Positions 27,877 through 38,700 are shown, numbered from the stretch's first letter. The stretch is 64,000 nucleotides of DNA from an uncultured virus (IMG/VR IMGVR_UViG_3300031578_000015) (IMGVR_UViG_3300031578_000015); one strand, 5' to 3'. The notes: generated by a model not told the origin, from the sequence alone. Numbers and translations: made by a program.

Positions 27877-28932
27877 TTATTGACTTATCAATTCCTTTGC
27901 ATGTTTAACAAAAGTACTAAATGTTCTTGGGCTATTATCTCTTGGCTGTAATTTCCATATTAAATAATTTTCAATATCAAGTAGTTCTTTTGTATTTATA
28001 TTTCCAAGATCAAACATTCTAACACGATCAAAAATCTTACCACTTGCTTTATGCTGATTTATTCTATTTGGCCATTGTGTTTGTGTTTTTCCTATATATG
28101 TAATTTCATCCCCTTCTATCAAAAAGTATATTTTTGAAGATTTCTCATTGACATAATATTCAGTATCAAAAATATTGTGTTCTTTATAGTTATCAGATAA
28201 TATAAACAGTATCTGCTTAAAAAAAACATTTTTTTCTGTATCAATATGTAATAATTGCTCCATTTGCTTCATTTGCCTTTTATAGTTAATGAGATCAGAT
28301 TCAAAATTATATAGTATGAGTTTTTTTTCGTTAATTTGTAATATTATACTATTTAATATATTCTGATAAATATCAGGATATTCTAGTCTAAACTTTCTTA
28401 TTTTGAGTAACTTATTTGTCTGTATTAGTATCTCCTCATTTAAATTGTCTATTGTTTCTTTGTGTTTTTGGTAATTAGGCTTTTTCTTGTATATTACTTC
28501 ATCCATATGTGCTTGTAGCTGTCCATATTTCAATCTTAATTGTTCAAATATGACTGTTCTAATAAAGAATATAAGTGTTTTTGTTTCATTTTCTTCAAAA
28601 TTTATGTGTAATTTAAAATTGTATATAAATATATTTATATCTTCAATGGGATTATAGTAATCTGGAAGATGTGCTGGAGTAAATTGATTTAATAATGCAA
28701 TTTCAATCCCATATTCTTCTTTGTTATTTTTACCATTAATATTTATTCTTGCTGATAAGGCATAATCGTTAATATTTTCTTTGCTAAGTAACATTTTACT
28801 TATGTGACTTAAGCTAAATTCTATATATAGGTATTGTAAATCAGATTTTATTCTATAACAATTTTCTTTTTCAAGATAAGGGTCAAATATAAATGAATTT
28901 AATACTCTTTCCAAATCTGCTATATTAGTCAT
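27877..28932 (-). CDS. coiled-coil protein with C-terminal GIY-YIG-like domain
   Basis: KIYFLIEGDEITYIGKT...RINQH...IENYLIWKLQPRDN. Confidence 0.6.
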   Translation of the reverse strand: MTNIADLERVLNSFIFDPYLEKENCYRIKSDLQYLYIEFSLSHISKMLLSKENINDYALSARININGKNNKEEYGIEIALLNQFTPAHLPDYYNPIEDINIFIYNFKLHINFEENETKTLIFFIRTVIFEQLRLKYGQLQAHMDEVIYKKKPNYQKHKETIDNLNEEILIQTNKLLKIRKFRLEYPDIYQNILNSIILQINEKKLILYNFESDLINYKRQMKQMEQLLHIDTEKNVFFKQILFILSDNYKEHNIFDTEYYVNEKSSKIYFLIEGDEITYIGKTQTQWPNRINQHKASGKIFDRVRMFDLGNINTKELLDIENYLIWKLQPRDNSPRTFSTFVKHAKELISQ

Positions 28933-28959
28933 TGTTTATCCTTGGATTATCAATATTTG

Positions 28960-29553
28960 TCACAATTTGGCAATATCAAGATTGATTAGTTCATAACTGC
29001 CATCTTCAATTCTTTTATAGACTCTGAGATATTCCTTACTATTTACAATAGTAATTGAATTACTAATTGCTTCCATAGCAAGAAGCCATCGTTCATCCTT
29101 GATATCAAGTTTTCGTAGTTCAAGTATATTTCTGACATTTACATTTCCGACTTTGTCAACTTGGAAAGCTCTGTCAACTAAAACTTGGATTTCTTTTCTA
29201 GAGCCAATAATCCATTCTTTTATACATTCATCTATGAGTTTTTTTGCAATTTTGAGTCTTTCGTCAAATGTAATATTTTCCTTGATTGTCAATATCACTT
29301 TATGTGATCCATCAAAATTAAGAAGAGTCACATTCCCCTTTTCTCCTCCAAATGATGTATCATATTTTTTGGCAGAGTTTTCTAGAAATTCATATATATC
29401 GGAAAATGAATTATTCTTGAATGCTGATATTTTTTTACTTAGAAGTTCGGCTTGTTCTGCAATCCCTGTAATGACGGAATCTCTTATTTTATCGATGGGT
29501 TTTACCATATTGTTTGGAATCTCTTTGCCACGAGAATTGGTCATAGTGTTCAT
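28960..29553 (-). CDS. DUF3164-family protein (Mu-like phage family)
   Basis: GGEKGNVTLLNFDG, FDERLKIAKKLIDECIKEW, AFQVDK, WLLAMEAI, SKEYLRVY. Confidence 0.8.
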   Translation of the reverse strand: MNTMTNSRGKEIPNNMVKPIDKIRDSVITGIAEQAELLSKKISAFKNNSFSDIYEFLENSAKKYDTSFGGEKGNVTLLNFDGSHKVILTIKENITFDERLKIAKKLIDECIKEWIIGSRKEIQVLVDRAFQVDKVGNVNVRNILELRKLDIKDERWLLAMEAISNSITIVNSKEYLRVYKRIEDGSYELINLDIAKL

Positions 29554-29739
29554 AAAATCCCCCCTATCAACTTAATGGCAAGGCTACAATGCCCGCTTGT
29601 TAAAACTATTATATATCAGCTTTTCCAAAATAAAACATTAAAAAGCAGATTTCCGAACGATTTTAGAATATTTCCTCATTTTTTCACTATACGTCTGTTA
29701 AGTAAAGAATATGCGAAAAGATAGTCAAAAAATGTAAAG

Positions 29740-30066
29740 ATGATGTATAATAGAACTAGGGAAAGCAAAATAGTAAAAACCAAAGGGAGAGAAAAGATGG
29801 GAAAGAGAGATTGGAAGATTTTTCAGGTTTCTAAAGAACAGTTTATTGCAGTTATTCCTCCAGACAATGCTAAATGGAAGATTGAGTGGCATAAGACGTT
29901 TGAGGGGCTTTATGGGGCACAATATTATGATGATCGGTATAAGAGTGAATTTTGCCTTCAAGCATTCAGATCTTTTTCTTCTGGAAAGGAAGCCGCTGAT
30001 TACATTAAGGGAATAGAAGAAAGAAGTGATTGTTTCGTTATGGATGTTACAAAGGAATATCTGTAA
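29740..30066 (+). CDS. hypothetical protein, first gene of the right arm; likely start ATG 29797
   Basis: GGGAGA SD; follows the AAGATGATGTATAAT promoter box. Confidence 0.6.
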   Translation: MMYNRTRESKIVKTKGREKMGKRDWKIFQVSKEQFIAVIPPDNAKWKIEWHKTFEGLYGAQYYDDRYKSEFCLQAFRSFSSGKEAADYIKGIEERSDCFVMDVTKEYL

Positions 30067-30078
30067 TAATTAACCTAT

Positions 30079-31176
30079 TTGCTTTCCCTATATAAAGGAA
30101 ATAAATTGAGCCCAACTGATTTTCTAACAATTATTCAATCATTGCCTAAAAGCCAATCAGGATTTCCTACAAAAAAGGCCATTGTAGAAGCCACCAATCT
30201 CAATATGTATACAGTAAAAACAATGTTAGGCGGATTAGTAAAAAATGGGAAATTGAGGATGGAAGGAAACTGGTATAAGTTTATTGAGACAAAAATAGAT
30301 AATGGATTTCCTGTAGAAGTAAGTCAAAAACAAGCAGATGAATATATTGAAGCAATAAACGAAGAGAATAAGCCAACTATAGACAAATATTCAAATAAGG
30401 ACTACTCCTTTTCAATCCTTCGCTGGGTTATGCTTATTGTTGGTGTAGGTAGTGCTATAATTTCTGCATATTACACCCAAATATGGCAACACGAGACATT
30501 GAATCTTTTCTGGTCATGGTTTTTATCCTTAATTATGATAGGATTTTCCTCAGCCGCATTTCTCACTCTTATTGGCATTCTGACAAAATCAATTCATGGA
30601 AAGTTTTCTACTTGGTTATTGGCGGGGATCTTTTTTGTTCTTTGGATAATCTGTCTATTGTATTCAATTTCAGTTACCGTTGCCGGTCGCTATGCTCAAT
30701 ATCAAGAAATAGTTTTGACGAATCAAGTAGCGGAAAATAATCATACATTAGACACTATTAAGATTTCTAACGTTTTGGATATTATCAAAAGCTTAAAACT
30801 TGAAAGAGACAACAATCAAAAACGACTCAATACCTTATTTTTGCAGGCAGATGCAATTCAAAGGGGTGAGGAGGTTAAAGGTGAAACATGGTTGACAATT
30901 CAAAGCAGAATCTTGAATGTACAAGGAATAATTTCTAGTTTTAATAAGAATATTGAAGATAAAAGTGCAGAATATGAAAAAATCATGGGAATTTCATCTA
31001 TAATAAGTAAGAATGAAAGTAAGTTTGGTTTTTATGATTGGATAGCATCGATATATAATACTGATAGGAAAAATGTAGAATGGCTCATGGTATTATTTCC
31101 TAGTCTTTTCCTTGATATTGCTTCGCCTATCGCTTTAGCGGTATTCATGTTTTTAGGAAGAAAGAAGGAGGAATAG
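30079..31176 (+). CDS. membrane protein with N-terminal HTH-like segment and coiled coil
   Basis: Three central and one C-terminal hydrophobic segments flanking a coiled-coil region. Confidence 0.7.
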   Translation: MLSLYKGNKLSPTDFLTIIQSLPKSQSGFPTKKAIVEATNLNMYTVKTMLGGLVKNGKLRMEGNWYKFIETKIDNGFPVEVSQKQADEYIEAINEENKPTIDKYSNKDYSFSILRWVMLIVGVGSAIISAYYTQIWQHETLNLFWSWFLSLIMIGFSSAAFLTLIGILTKSIHGKFSTWLLAGIFFVLWIICLLYSISVTVAGRYAQYQEIVLTNQVAENNHTLDTIKISNVLDIIKSLKLERDNNQKRLNTLFLQADAIQRGEEVKGETWLTIQSRILNVQGIISSFNKNIEDKSAEYEKIMGISSIISKNESKFGFYDWIASIYNTDRKNVEWLMVLFPSLFLDIASPIALAVFMFLGRKKEE

Positions 31177-31177
31177 A

Positions 31178-31790
31178 ATGGAAAAAGAAAGGGTAAAACT
31201 TCATTTGAAAAATGGCAATGTTATAATGGCTGAATATGAAATAGATGAATATGATGATATTTATTATGATTGGAAGAAACAAGGCAATGATATTGTATCA
31301 TTTATTAATTGTGCAGTTATTTCTAATGAAATCATTGCAATAGAATGGGGTTTTGATGCACATGATTTATTGGAAGAATGAAAATGAAGTGTAATTTGGA
31401 ACAAATGGCGAAAGTAGAGTTGACTGATTTTGGATTGCATATCCTTGAAGATTTTGATCCTGAATTATTGCAGGATTGTAAGATCGGTAAATATCATCGG
31501 ATGGAGTTGTATATGTTATTTGATATTTTTGGAGATTATGCATATCATATTGACGATGTAGGTCCATTCGTTAATAATGTTATTGAAATAGAGGAAAGTA
31601 GATGATACAAGAGGGGAATGTCTTTTATATGGAAGACAAACAAACAAAGGCAATTGTTACAAGGTTATATTCCAACCAATCAAGCATTATCGAAGGGCAA
31701 AGCGAAAGGATTAAGTTTATTAAGCTAGTAGATAATGATGAATTGAAAGAAGGTAAGGTGAGAGTAACAGATTGGAGTTTACTTTTCTGA
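31178..31790 (+). CDS. three small overlapping hypothetical ORFs (31178-31381, 31378-31605, 31602-31790)
   Basis: ATGA overlaps and SD-like sequences. Confidence 0.55.
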
Positions 31791-31939
31791 CGATTGTCTA
31801 TACAAAATCTTGTAAGATGATGTATAATATAGATAGAGGTTGAAAAAGATAGCCTTTATAAAACGTTGTGGTTAGGCCGTCTTATCGATCATGGCCGAAA
31901 ACCAATATCGATCTGCCTTTGGCAGTGAGAAAATAGCAA

Positions 31940-31965
31940 GCTGGATAACGTAACCAGCATTTTAT
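31940..31965 (+). terminator. hairpin GCTGG-ATAACGTAA-CCAGC plus T-tract
   Basis: A covarying twin occurs at 38701-38724. Confidence 0.55.
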
Positions 31966-32003
31966 TTATAGTAGCCTGGACGGAATACCGTAAGGAGTAG
32001 AAA

Positions 32004-32318
32004 TTGAAAAATATTCAATTAGTGGCTAATTATGAATTGGATCTTTCTCTAAAATCTCCATTAATAGAATTACATCAAAAAGAAATAATTATAAGAGAAT
32101 TAGTTGACAACTTATCTCATCATATTGCTAGAAAACCAGGATTTTTTTCTGAGGAAGTTTTGTCAATAAGTGAAACACATGGACGATTGATAAAAAGATT
32201 TCATGGAGAATGTTTTGTATTAACTAAGGAAGAATATTTTCAATTGGTTGAAGAGATAAAACAATCTTTATATGAATATAGGCCAAATGGATATATGAGT
32301 ATAATTGATAATGATTAA
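32004..32318 (+). CDS. hypothetical protein
   Basis: TTG start with AAGGAG SD. Confidence 0.6.
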   Translation: MKNIQLVANYELDLSLKSPLIELHQKEIIIRELVDNLSHHIARKPGFFSEEVLSISETHGRLIKRFHGECFVLTKEEYFQLVEEIKQSLYEYRPNGYMSIIDND

Positions 32319-33405
32319 TTTATTGGATATTCAGCATTTCCAAAGTCACAAAAAAACTTCATTACAGTTTTCAAATGGTATCAATTCAATTGTAGGAATT
32401 TCTGATTCTGGTAAAACTTCATTGCTTCGCGCCTTGTATTGGGCAATAAATAATCGTCCTCTAGGCAATGCTGATATTTCTGATTGGAATAAGGATGATA
32501 ATGAAGAGCCAATAAAATCAACATTTGTAAGAGTCACCACTGATAAAGGAATAATTGAGCGAAGGAAAGGTAAAGTAAAAGTCAATGATGAAAATAAGAA
32601 GTTTAATGGTTATATAATCAATGGAGAAAATAGATTAGAAGCCGTAGGCACTTCTGTTCCTGATATTGTTACTAAAATGTTTAATTTGGATGAAGTCAAT
32701 TTCCAAGGGCAATTCGATCCTAGCTTTTTATTGTCAAATAGCGCCGGGGAAGTGGCAAGGTTTTTTAATTCAACAATCAGGTTAGATTTAATTGATAGGA
32801 TATTGTCAAAGGCAGATAGCAAAAGATTAGAAACAAACAAGGATAAGAAGAAATTAGAAGTTGAGCAAGATACTATAAATAAAGAAATAGCAAAGTTTGA
32901 TTGGTTAGAAGATGCTGAAATATTGATTGATAGGATTGTAAAAATAGAAAATAGAATAAATGTAAATGCTTTAATTTGTGATGAATTAGAAGAGAGTATT
33001 GCAAACATTAAGCATTATCAAAAGGAAGTTGAATCTCAAGAGGTTATCCTATCCGCCATCCCTATAGTTAAAAAAATAGATTTAATACAGGAATCGCTAG
33101 AAGAAAAAATTGAAAAACGTGAGCGATTACAAAATCTGTATGATGAGTATTTAGAACAAAATCGCATTATAGGGATGGCGGATTTTTCTAATGCAGAAAA
33201 GTTGATTAAGCAGATAGATGAATTGAATGATAAGATAGCAACAAAAGAAAATGAATATGAGGAATTGAAAGAGAGCAAAGATGAGTATAATGGGATATTG
33301 AATGATATTATTAGTTATAAAGATGATATAATGAAGTTGGAAAAAGAATTTCCATCGATGTGCCCTGTCTGCAATCAGCCATTAAGTAAGGATAAGTGCA
33401 AATGA
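32305..33405 (+). CDS. SbcC/Rad50-like ATPase, N-terminal half ending at the zinc hook
   Basis: HFQSH, Walker A GISDSGKTS, Q-loop NFQGQFD, coiled coil, terminal CPVC. Confidence 0.85.
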   Translation: MIMINLLDIQHFQSHKKTSLQFSNGINSIVGISDSGKTSLLRALYWAINNRPLGNADISDWNKDDNEEPIKSTFVRVTTDKGIIERRKGKVKVNDENKKFNGYIINGENRLEAVGTSVPDIVTKMFNLDEVNFQGQFDPSFLLSNSAGEVARFFNSTIRLDLIDRILSKADSKRLETNKDKKKLEVEQDTINKEIAKFDWLEDAEILIDRIVKIENRINVNALICDELEESIANIKHYQKEVESQEVILSAIPIVKKIDLIQESLEEKIEKRERLQNLYDEYLEQNRIIGMADFSNAEKLIKQIDELNDKIATKENEYEELKESKDEYNGILNDIISYKDDIMKLEKEFPSMCPVCNQPLSKDKCK

Positions 33406-33571
33406 GTTCTTCTTTTTTTGAATGGGAAAAGCAAAATAGTATATTAGATCAGAAGGAAAGATGTTTTTATGCAGTATTAAGGTTATTTGAAATTAAATCA
33501 CAAGAAGAAGTCATTACTTTATATAATCATAAAACAGTTAGTTATACACAAATATTAGAGGGCAATTAAGA

Positions 33572-34471
33572 ATGCCTAGATTAGTATGGTCAAGTGATTG
33601 GCATTTAGTTGATACCATTCCTCGATGTAGGCTAGATGAAGATTGGTATGGATTTTTAGACAGAATAATGAAGTTTATAGTAAAAACTGCTAATGATAAA
33701 AATGCTATTTTGGGGATAGGTGGAGATTTATTTGGTAGGCGTTCCCCAAATATTTCTAGTTATTTGCTTTCAATGTTTATTAAAAATGTTCTACAGGTCA
33801 AAAAAGGAACTAGGATATTAGCAGGTAATCATGATGAATATTTTCATAATTTTGATTATATTTCTAAGACTTCATTTGGAGTATTGGATGCTTTTATAAA
33901 AGGATCAGATAATAATGATAAATTATCATATATAGATGATTTGGGAACATGGCTTAATTTCAATGAAGATATAGTGAATCCTGGCAGAGAAATTGTTTTT
34001 ATCCATAGATTAGTATTTAATTCTATAAAAAATGTTCCTCCCAATGTTCAGGCAAGTACAGCGCAAGATTTATTGAATGAGTTTCCAAAGGCAAAAATGA
34101 TATTAACTGGTGACAATCATACTTCATTCATTTATAAAAAGAATGGTAGGATGGTTATCAATCCTGGATCAATTTATCGTGGTGATGTTAGCCAAAAAGA
34201 TATTGTTCCCACTATTTATTATATTGATACAGAAAAAGAGATTGTGGAAGAAATAAAAATCCCTGACAATGAAAAAATGGTGGAAGATTCGTATATAATA
34301 GAACGCGACATGAAAGAAAATAGAATAAGTGCTTTTGTAGAGAAGCTAAGGAACAATGAATCCGTTAATCTGGATTTTCTAGAAAACATAGAAAATGGGC
34401 TGTTGGCAAATAAGAAACTGTCAAAGGATACTGTAAAGATGATTAGATTTTTATGTGAGGAGGAAAAGTAA
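33572..34471 (+). CDS. SbcD/Mre11-like metallophosphoesterase nuclease
   Basis: SDWH, GGDLF, AGNHD, FIH, GDNH, NPGS. Confidence 0.9.
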   Translation: MPRLVWSSDWHLVDTIPRCRLDEDWYGFLDRIMKFIVKTANDKNAILGIGGDLFGRRSPNISSYLLSMFIKNVLQVKKGTRILAGNHDEYFHNFDYISKTSFGVLDAFIKGSDNNDKLSYIDDLGTWLNFNEDIVNPGREIVFIHRLVFNSIKNVPPNVQASTAQDLLNEFPKAKMILTGDNHTSFIYKKNGRMVINPGSIYRGDVSQKDIVPTIYYIDTEKEIVEEIKIPDNEKMVEDSYIIERDMKENRISAFVEKLRNNESVNLDFLENIENGLLANKKLSKDTVKMIRFLCEEEK

Positions 34472-34663
34472 AATGGCATTTAGAGTAATTAATGAATTAT
34501 ATAAACATTATCCCGGTAGAGATTGGGAAGATGATTTCAAGTTAGAAAATGGGAATTATTATTGTAATTGTATTAGTTGTAATCGACCGTTTATAGGGCA
34601 TAAAAGAAGGATTCATTGTTATGAATGTGCTAAGAAAGAAACCGAATTAGATGTAGGTAATCT

Positions 34664-34906
34664 ATGACCATCCAAAAGTTTGAGCAAATAAAATCTTCAA
34701 TTGTTTCTGCTACAAAAAAGCGCGATATGGCCGAGGGAGCCAAGCAGAAAATTGTAGAGGAATGGAAAAAGGATTATTCTATTTTTACGCAAGAGGAAGT
34801 GGAAAGTAAGTTATCTGAACTTGAAGCAGAAATTGAAGCTGATAAGAAAAAGAGAGATTCATTGATGACGAAATTGGATGCAGTAACAGATTGGGAGAAT
34901 ATGTAA
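34664..34906 (+). CDS. small coiled-coil protein
   Basis: Heptad-like pattern; lies between the SbcCD genes. Confidence 0.6.
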   Translation: MTIQKFEQIKSSIVSATKKRDMAEGAKQKIVEEWKKDYSIFTQEEVESKLSELEAEIEADKKKRDSLMTKLDAVTDWENM

Positions 34907-35218
34907 ATGGATAATAAAGATAAATGGATACAGTTTAAGAATTATTTACATAATGAATTAGGAATAACTAATGAACAAATTAGGGAATGGGTAAAAGAAA
35001 GTGTAGAATACCAAGTAGAAAAAATGATTAAACAAGAATTTGGCAAGTTTTCACTATCTGATTATATAGTAAAAACATTAAAGTCCTTTATGACAAGACA
35101 GCAAGATGGAGGAGTTATTAGGGAACAATCAGCATATGAAAATATTCGTAGAGACATAAGCGATAAAGTTGCTAAATTGATTTATAAAGATATTTCAATA
35201 AATAAAAAAGATGACTAA
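34907..35218 (+). CDS. hypothetical protein
   Basis: FKNYLHNELGIT; operon packing. Confidence 0.6.
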   Translation: MDNKDKWIQFKNYLHNELGITNEQIREWVKESVEYQVEKMIKQEFGKFSLSDYIVKTLKSFMTRQQDGGVIREQSAYENIRRDISDKVAKLIYKDISINKKDD

Positions 35219-35840
35219 TATAAAAGAATATCAAAATATACTCCTCAAGAATAAAGGAAAGTATGAATCGCTGTTAGAACGAAAGTCCAATATAGATGAT
35301 AAATTATCAGAATTATCAAAAACAATGATAGCGATAGAGGAAGCACAAATATTTATCCAGGCCATCGCAAAAGCTACGCAAGAACAATTAAAGTTTAATT
35401 TGGTGGAAATAATACAATTGTGTCTTGACGCTGTATTTCCTAACAAATACAAGTTTGATATTGCTTTTGAGATTAAAAATAGTAGAACTTGTGCTAGGCT
35501 TATTTATAGAACTATGGATGGAAAATACGAGCGTGATCCATTAAGGCAGAACGGGGGAGGGATATGCGACTTAACTTCATTTACCCTTCGTATTGCATTA
35601 TGGTCAATCGGCAAGACTGATAATGTTATTATTTTAGATGAGCCATTGAAAAACCTACAGCCAGTAGAATTAAATAAATTAGGTTTTGAAGTAATTAGAA
35701 GTTTATCTAAAAAATTAGGGCTACAGTTTATAATAGTGAACAATAGCATTGGATCTGAAAACTTGTTAGAGGTATCAGATAAGATTTTTGAAGTTTCTAT
35801 GAAAGATAGTGTTAGTAAAGTTATAGAAAAGGAGGTGTAG
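35211..35840 (+). CDS. SbcC/Rad50-like ATPase, C-terminal half
   Basis: Coiled coil, then signature-like NGGG, Walker B/D-loop IILDEPLKNL and LQFIIV. Confidence 0.8.
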   Translation: MTNIKEYQNILLKNKGKYESLLERKSNIDDKLSELSKTMIAIEEAQIFIQAIAKATQEQLKFNLVEIIQLCLDAVFPNKYKFDIAFEIKNSRTCARLIYRTMDGKYERDPLRQNGGGICDLTSFTLRIALWSIGKTDNVIILDEPLKNLQPVELNKLGFEVIRSLSKKLGLQFIIVNNSIGSENLLEVSDKIFEVSMKDSVSKVIEKEV

Positions 35841-36362
35841 AATGGTAAGATATGGTAAATATGAAGATCAAATAGATATTATTCCTAGTTTTGGTATGTA
35901 TATTCACAGACAGTTTAATGGTGAGCCATGGCATTTTCATTTCTATATGCAATGGATTTTTTATTATTTTGAATTGACAATTGGAAAATCAAAGCAAGAT
36001 ACATAAAGGAGGATAATATGGAATTATCTGAATTGGCACCAGGAATGAAGATATTATTCCATGATGAAGAAGTAAAATATTTATATACAAATGGTTTTTT
36101 TATTTATTGCATAGATGAAGATGGTTTAGGTATTATGACTACACCTGATAAATTAAGGATAATCGATGCCAAGTAAGAATAAGTATGAAAGAAAAATAAG
36201 TGAAGAAGCTGTTGAATATCAAAGAAAGAAAAAGCAAAGTAAGATTGTGTTAGAACATATTAGACATATTAAAATGAATGGAATTGGTAGAAAAATAGGG
36301 GCACCATTATTATTAGGATTATGCACGCATAGACTTGGAGTATGGAAAGGAGAGCCTATATA

Positions 36363-36770
36363 ATGAGAGAAATTAAGTTCAGAGCGTGGAATCCTCTTAC
36401 TAATAGTTGGTGGATATGGCGTGGCCCTATGTTTACGCTTAAGCCCCCATTTGATATTTATGAGATTTTAGATGATGATAGTAATTTGATTATTGAGCAA
36501 TATACAGGACTCAAAGATAAAAATGGAGAAGAAGTTTATGAAGGTGATTTGGTAAAAAGTTACTGGGATGGTAAAATATCTCAAATAATGTTTGGTGAGT
36601 TTAATTTAGATAATGATATGTCTAGTGAATGTACTATTATTGGTTTTTATTGGGGGGATAAAGAAGAGAATAGTGTTTGTGGATTTGGTTTAGATTGTGA
36701 GGGTAAAATAAATAAATATGAAGTAATGGGTAATATTCATGAAAATCCAGAATTACTAAATAAGAATTAG
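36363..36770 (+). CDS. YopX-family protein
   Basis: MREIKFRAW...QYTGLKDKNGEEVYEGD...VMGNIHENPELL. Confidence 0.9.
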   Translation: MREIKFRAWNPLTNSWWIWRGPMFTLKPPFDIYEILDDDSNLIIEQYTGLKDKNGEEVYEGDLVKSYWDGKISQIMFGEFNLDNDMSSECTIIGFYWGDKEENSVCGFGLDCEGKINKYEVMGNIHENPELLNKN

Positions 36771-36902
36771 CTACTTTTCATTTTGTGATAAGTGCTATAT
36801 AATACTAGATTGCAAGGAGGAATCAATCTTGAATAGTAAGGAGGCAAGGTCAATGTAGCCAACCGCTTGAGCGGAGGCATCTAAAATTCAAGGATTTATA
36901 AT

Positions 36903-38150
36903 ATGCGAAAATTATTTCTCATCTTCATTGTAGCCTGTCTTTTTATTCCAGTTTATGCCAATCCAATTACGATTACTCTCTTAACCTCTGGTGATACTAA
37001 ACTAGGTGATACTACGCTTTTCACTGAGGCCACAAAACTCACGAAGGCAGATTTCCCTAATACTGAATTTGTTTTTAATAAGATTGATCTTTCAGATGGA
37101 TCAAGTCTTTCTATGGATGCCCAACTCGCTGCCGGAACTCCCCCTAATGTGTATCTTGATACGATGGTAAGGGCCTCCAAGTACATGGTTCCTGAGTATG
37201 CTCTCCCTCTTAATACTTATATTCGTGATTTAGATAAGTATAATAAGGGTGTCCTTGATCCTTATAAGCGTAATGGTCAGCTTCTTGCTCTTCCTTCTCC
37301 TGGTGGTGCTCAGGCCATGTGCATCAATCTTGATATTATGAAGGAGATTGGCTATACAGTTCCTAATAATTGGACTATCAATGATTTTATGAAGATGGCA
37401 GAGCTTGTTAAAGAAAAGTACCATGGTAAAAAGTGGGCTACTGGAATGTTCGCAGCTAATCAATCAGGTGATTATCTGATTAATAATTGGTTTGAATCTT
37501 TTGGGGCTTATTATTATGCTAATGGTGATTATGATAGGTCAGTTATTGCAAATACTGGCGGAGATAAGGCATACAAGTTTTTTCAGGGACTTGTGACTAA
37601 AGGATATGTACCTCCTAATTCGGAAACGCTCACTGATGATGATTATGCAGCTGAGTGGTATCGAGGCCAACTCGCTGCTACCGCATTTTTCCCAAATTGG
37701 ACTGAAGGATATTTCAAGACTGCAGAATCAGAAGGATTGAAAAGGTTTAATTATGCTTTTGTTCCTTTTCCCCGAGATTCATCTGTCAAAGTAGTTCCTA
37801 CCTATTTTAGTAATGCCGCTGTAATTGTTCATAAGACTGGAACGGAAGCAGATAAGGTAGCTGCTAGATGGGCTGAATACTATAATTCTGCTTATCTGCA
37901 ATCTCTTCAAGCAAAAATTGTTGATGTTATTCCTAATAGAGTAGATGCAATTCCTAGTAATAATGTTTTCGTAGCTCAGGTATCTAAGATCGTTTCAGAA
38001 AATGGTATTTATGATGCAGGTCTTACTGATCCTCGATTCACTGAGCGCAGAAGTTTGAATTATCCTATTTTGCAGAAAGTTCTTACTTTTAAGATGACTC
38101 CTGAAAATGCTATTAAGGAATATCAAAAGGTTCTTTCAAACGTTAATTAA
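36903..38150 (+). CDS. carbohydrate ABC transporter substrate-binding protein
   Basis: Cleavable signal peptide, LAAGTPPNV, NGQLLALP, NWTINDF, FVPFP, terminal MTPENAIKE; own promoter near 36775-36803. Confidence 0.88.
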   Translation: MRKLFLIFIVACLFIPVYANPITITLLTSGDTKLGDTTLFTEATKLTKADFPNTEFVFNKIDLSDGSSLSMDAQLAAGTPPNVYLDTMVRASKYMVPEYALPLNTYIRDLDKYNKGVLDPYKRNGQLLALPSPGGAQAMCINLDIMKEIGYTVPNNWTINDFMKMAELVKEKYHGKKWATGMFAANQSGDYLINNWFESFGAYYYANGDYDRSVIANTGGDKAYKFFQGLVTKGYVPPNSETLTDDDYAAEWYRGQLAATAFFPNWTEGYFKTAESEGLKRFNYAFVPFPRDSSVKVVPTYFSNAAVIVHKTGTEADKVAARWAEYYNSAYLQSLQAKIVDVIPNRVDAIPSNNVFVAQVSKIVSENGIYDAGLTDPRFTERRSLNYPILQKVLTFKMTPENAIKEYQKVLSNVN

Positions 38151-38192
38151 ACCAATTTGTATGAATTGGTATTTTGTGTATAGGAGATTTTT

Positions 38193-38639
38193 ATGAAGAA
38201 GATTGGTTTTGTTTTTATTCTTGCAGTTATTCTTGGTTTTGTAGGATTTGCCGAGGATGGAGTAACCTTTGCATCTGATTCTACTTATGTGGCTACTCTT
38301 GATAAGAGTTCAGTTAATTTTGTGGCTAATCCTAATGCTTCAATGACGCTTTCAGTAGCTCCATTTTCCTTTGTTACTACTGGCAATGCTTCATATGATT
38401 TTGAAACTATGGATTTGACTGTACTTAATGTTTCTGAAAAGTTTGATTTTACCTATGGGGCATTTGATTTTTATATCACCCCCACTTTTGATTTGCTTGA
38501 TAATAATGCTATGACACTTCCTTCGGCTTTTGTTATGACTAAGGTTGTGCCATTTACTACTGTTACCGTTGCTAGCGATCTTATGGGATTTACAAATGAT
38601 GCTATGCTCGTGACGGTTACTGCGGAAATGATTTTCTGA
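38193..38639 (+). CDS. exported beta-rich protein, possible outer-membrane protein
   Basis: Signal peptide, alternating hydrophobic strands and C-terminal Phe (VTVTAEMIF). Confidence 0.5.
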   Translation: MKKIGFVFILAVILGFVGFAEDGVTFASDSTYVATLDKSSVNFVANPNASMTLSVAPFSFVTTGNASYDFETMDLTVLNVSEKFDFTYGAFDFYITPTFDLLDNNAMTLPSAFVMTKVVPFTTVTVASDLMGFTNDAMLVTVTAEMIF

Positions 38640-38700
38640 ATAAATAAAATCGCCCTACCTATGAAAATAGAAAACAGTAATAGGTAAACTACAAACAGGG

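Noticed and set aside
31865..31905. Hammerhead ribozyme suggested by GGCC...GGCCGAAA
   Set aside because: The CUGANGA core is absent.
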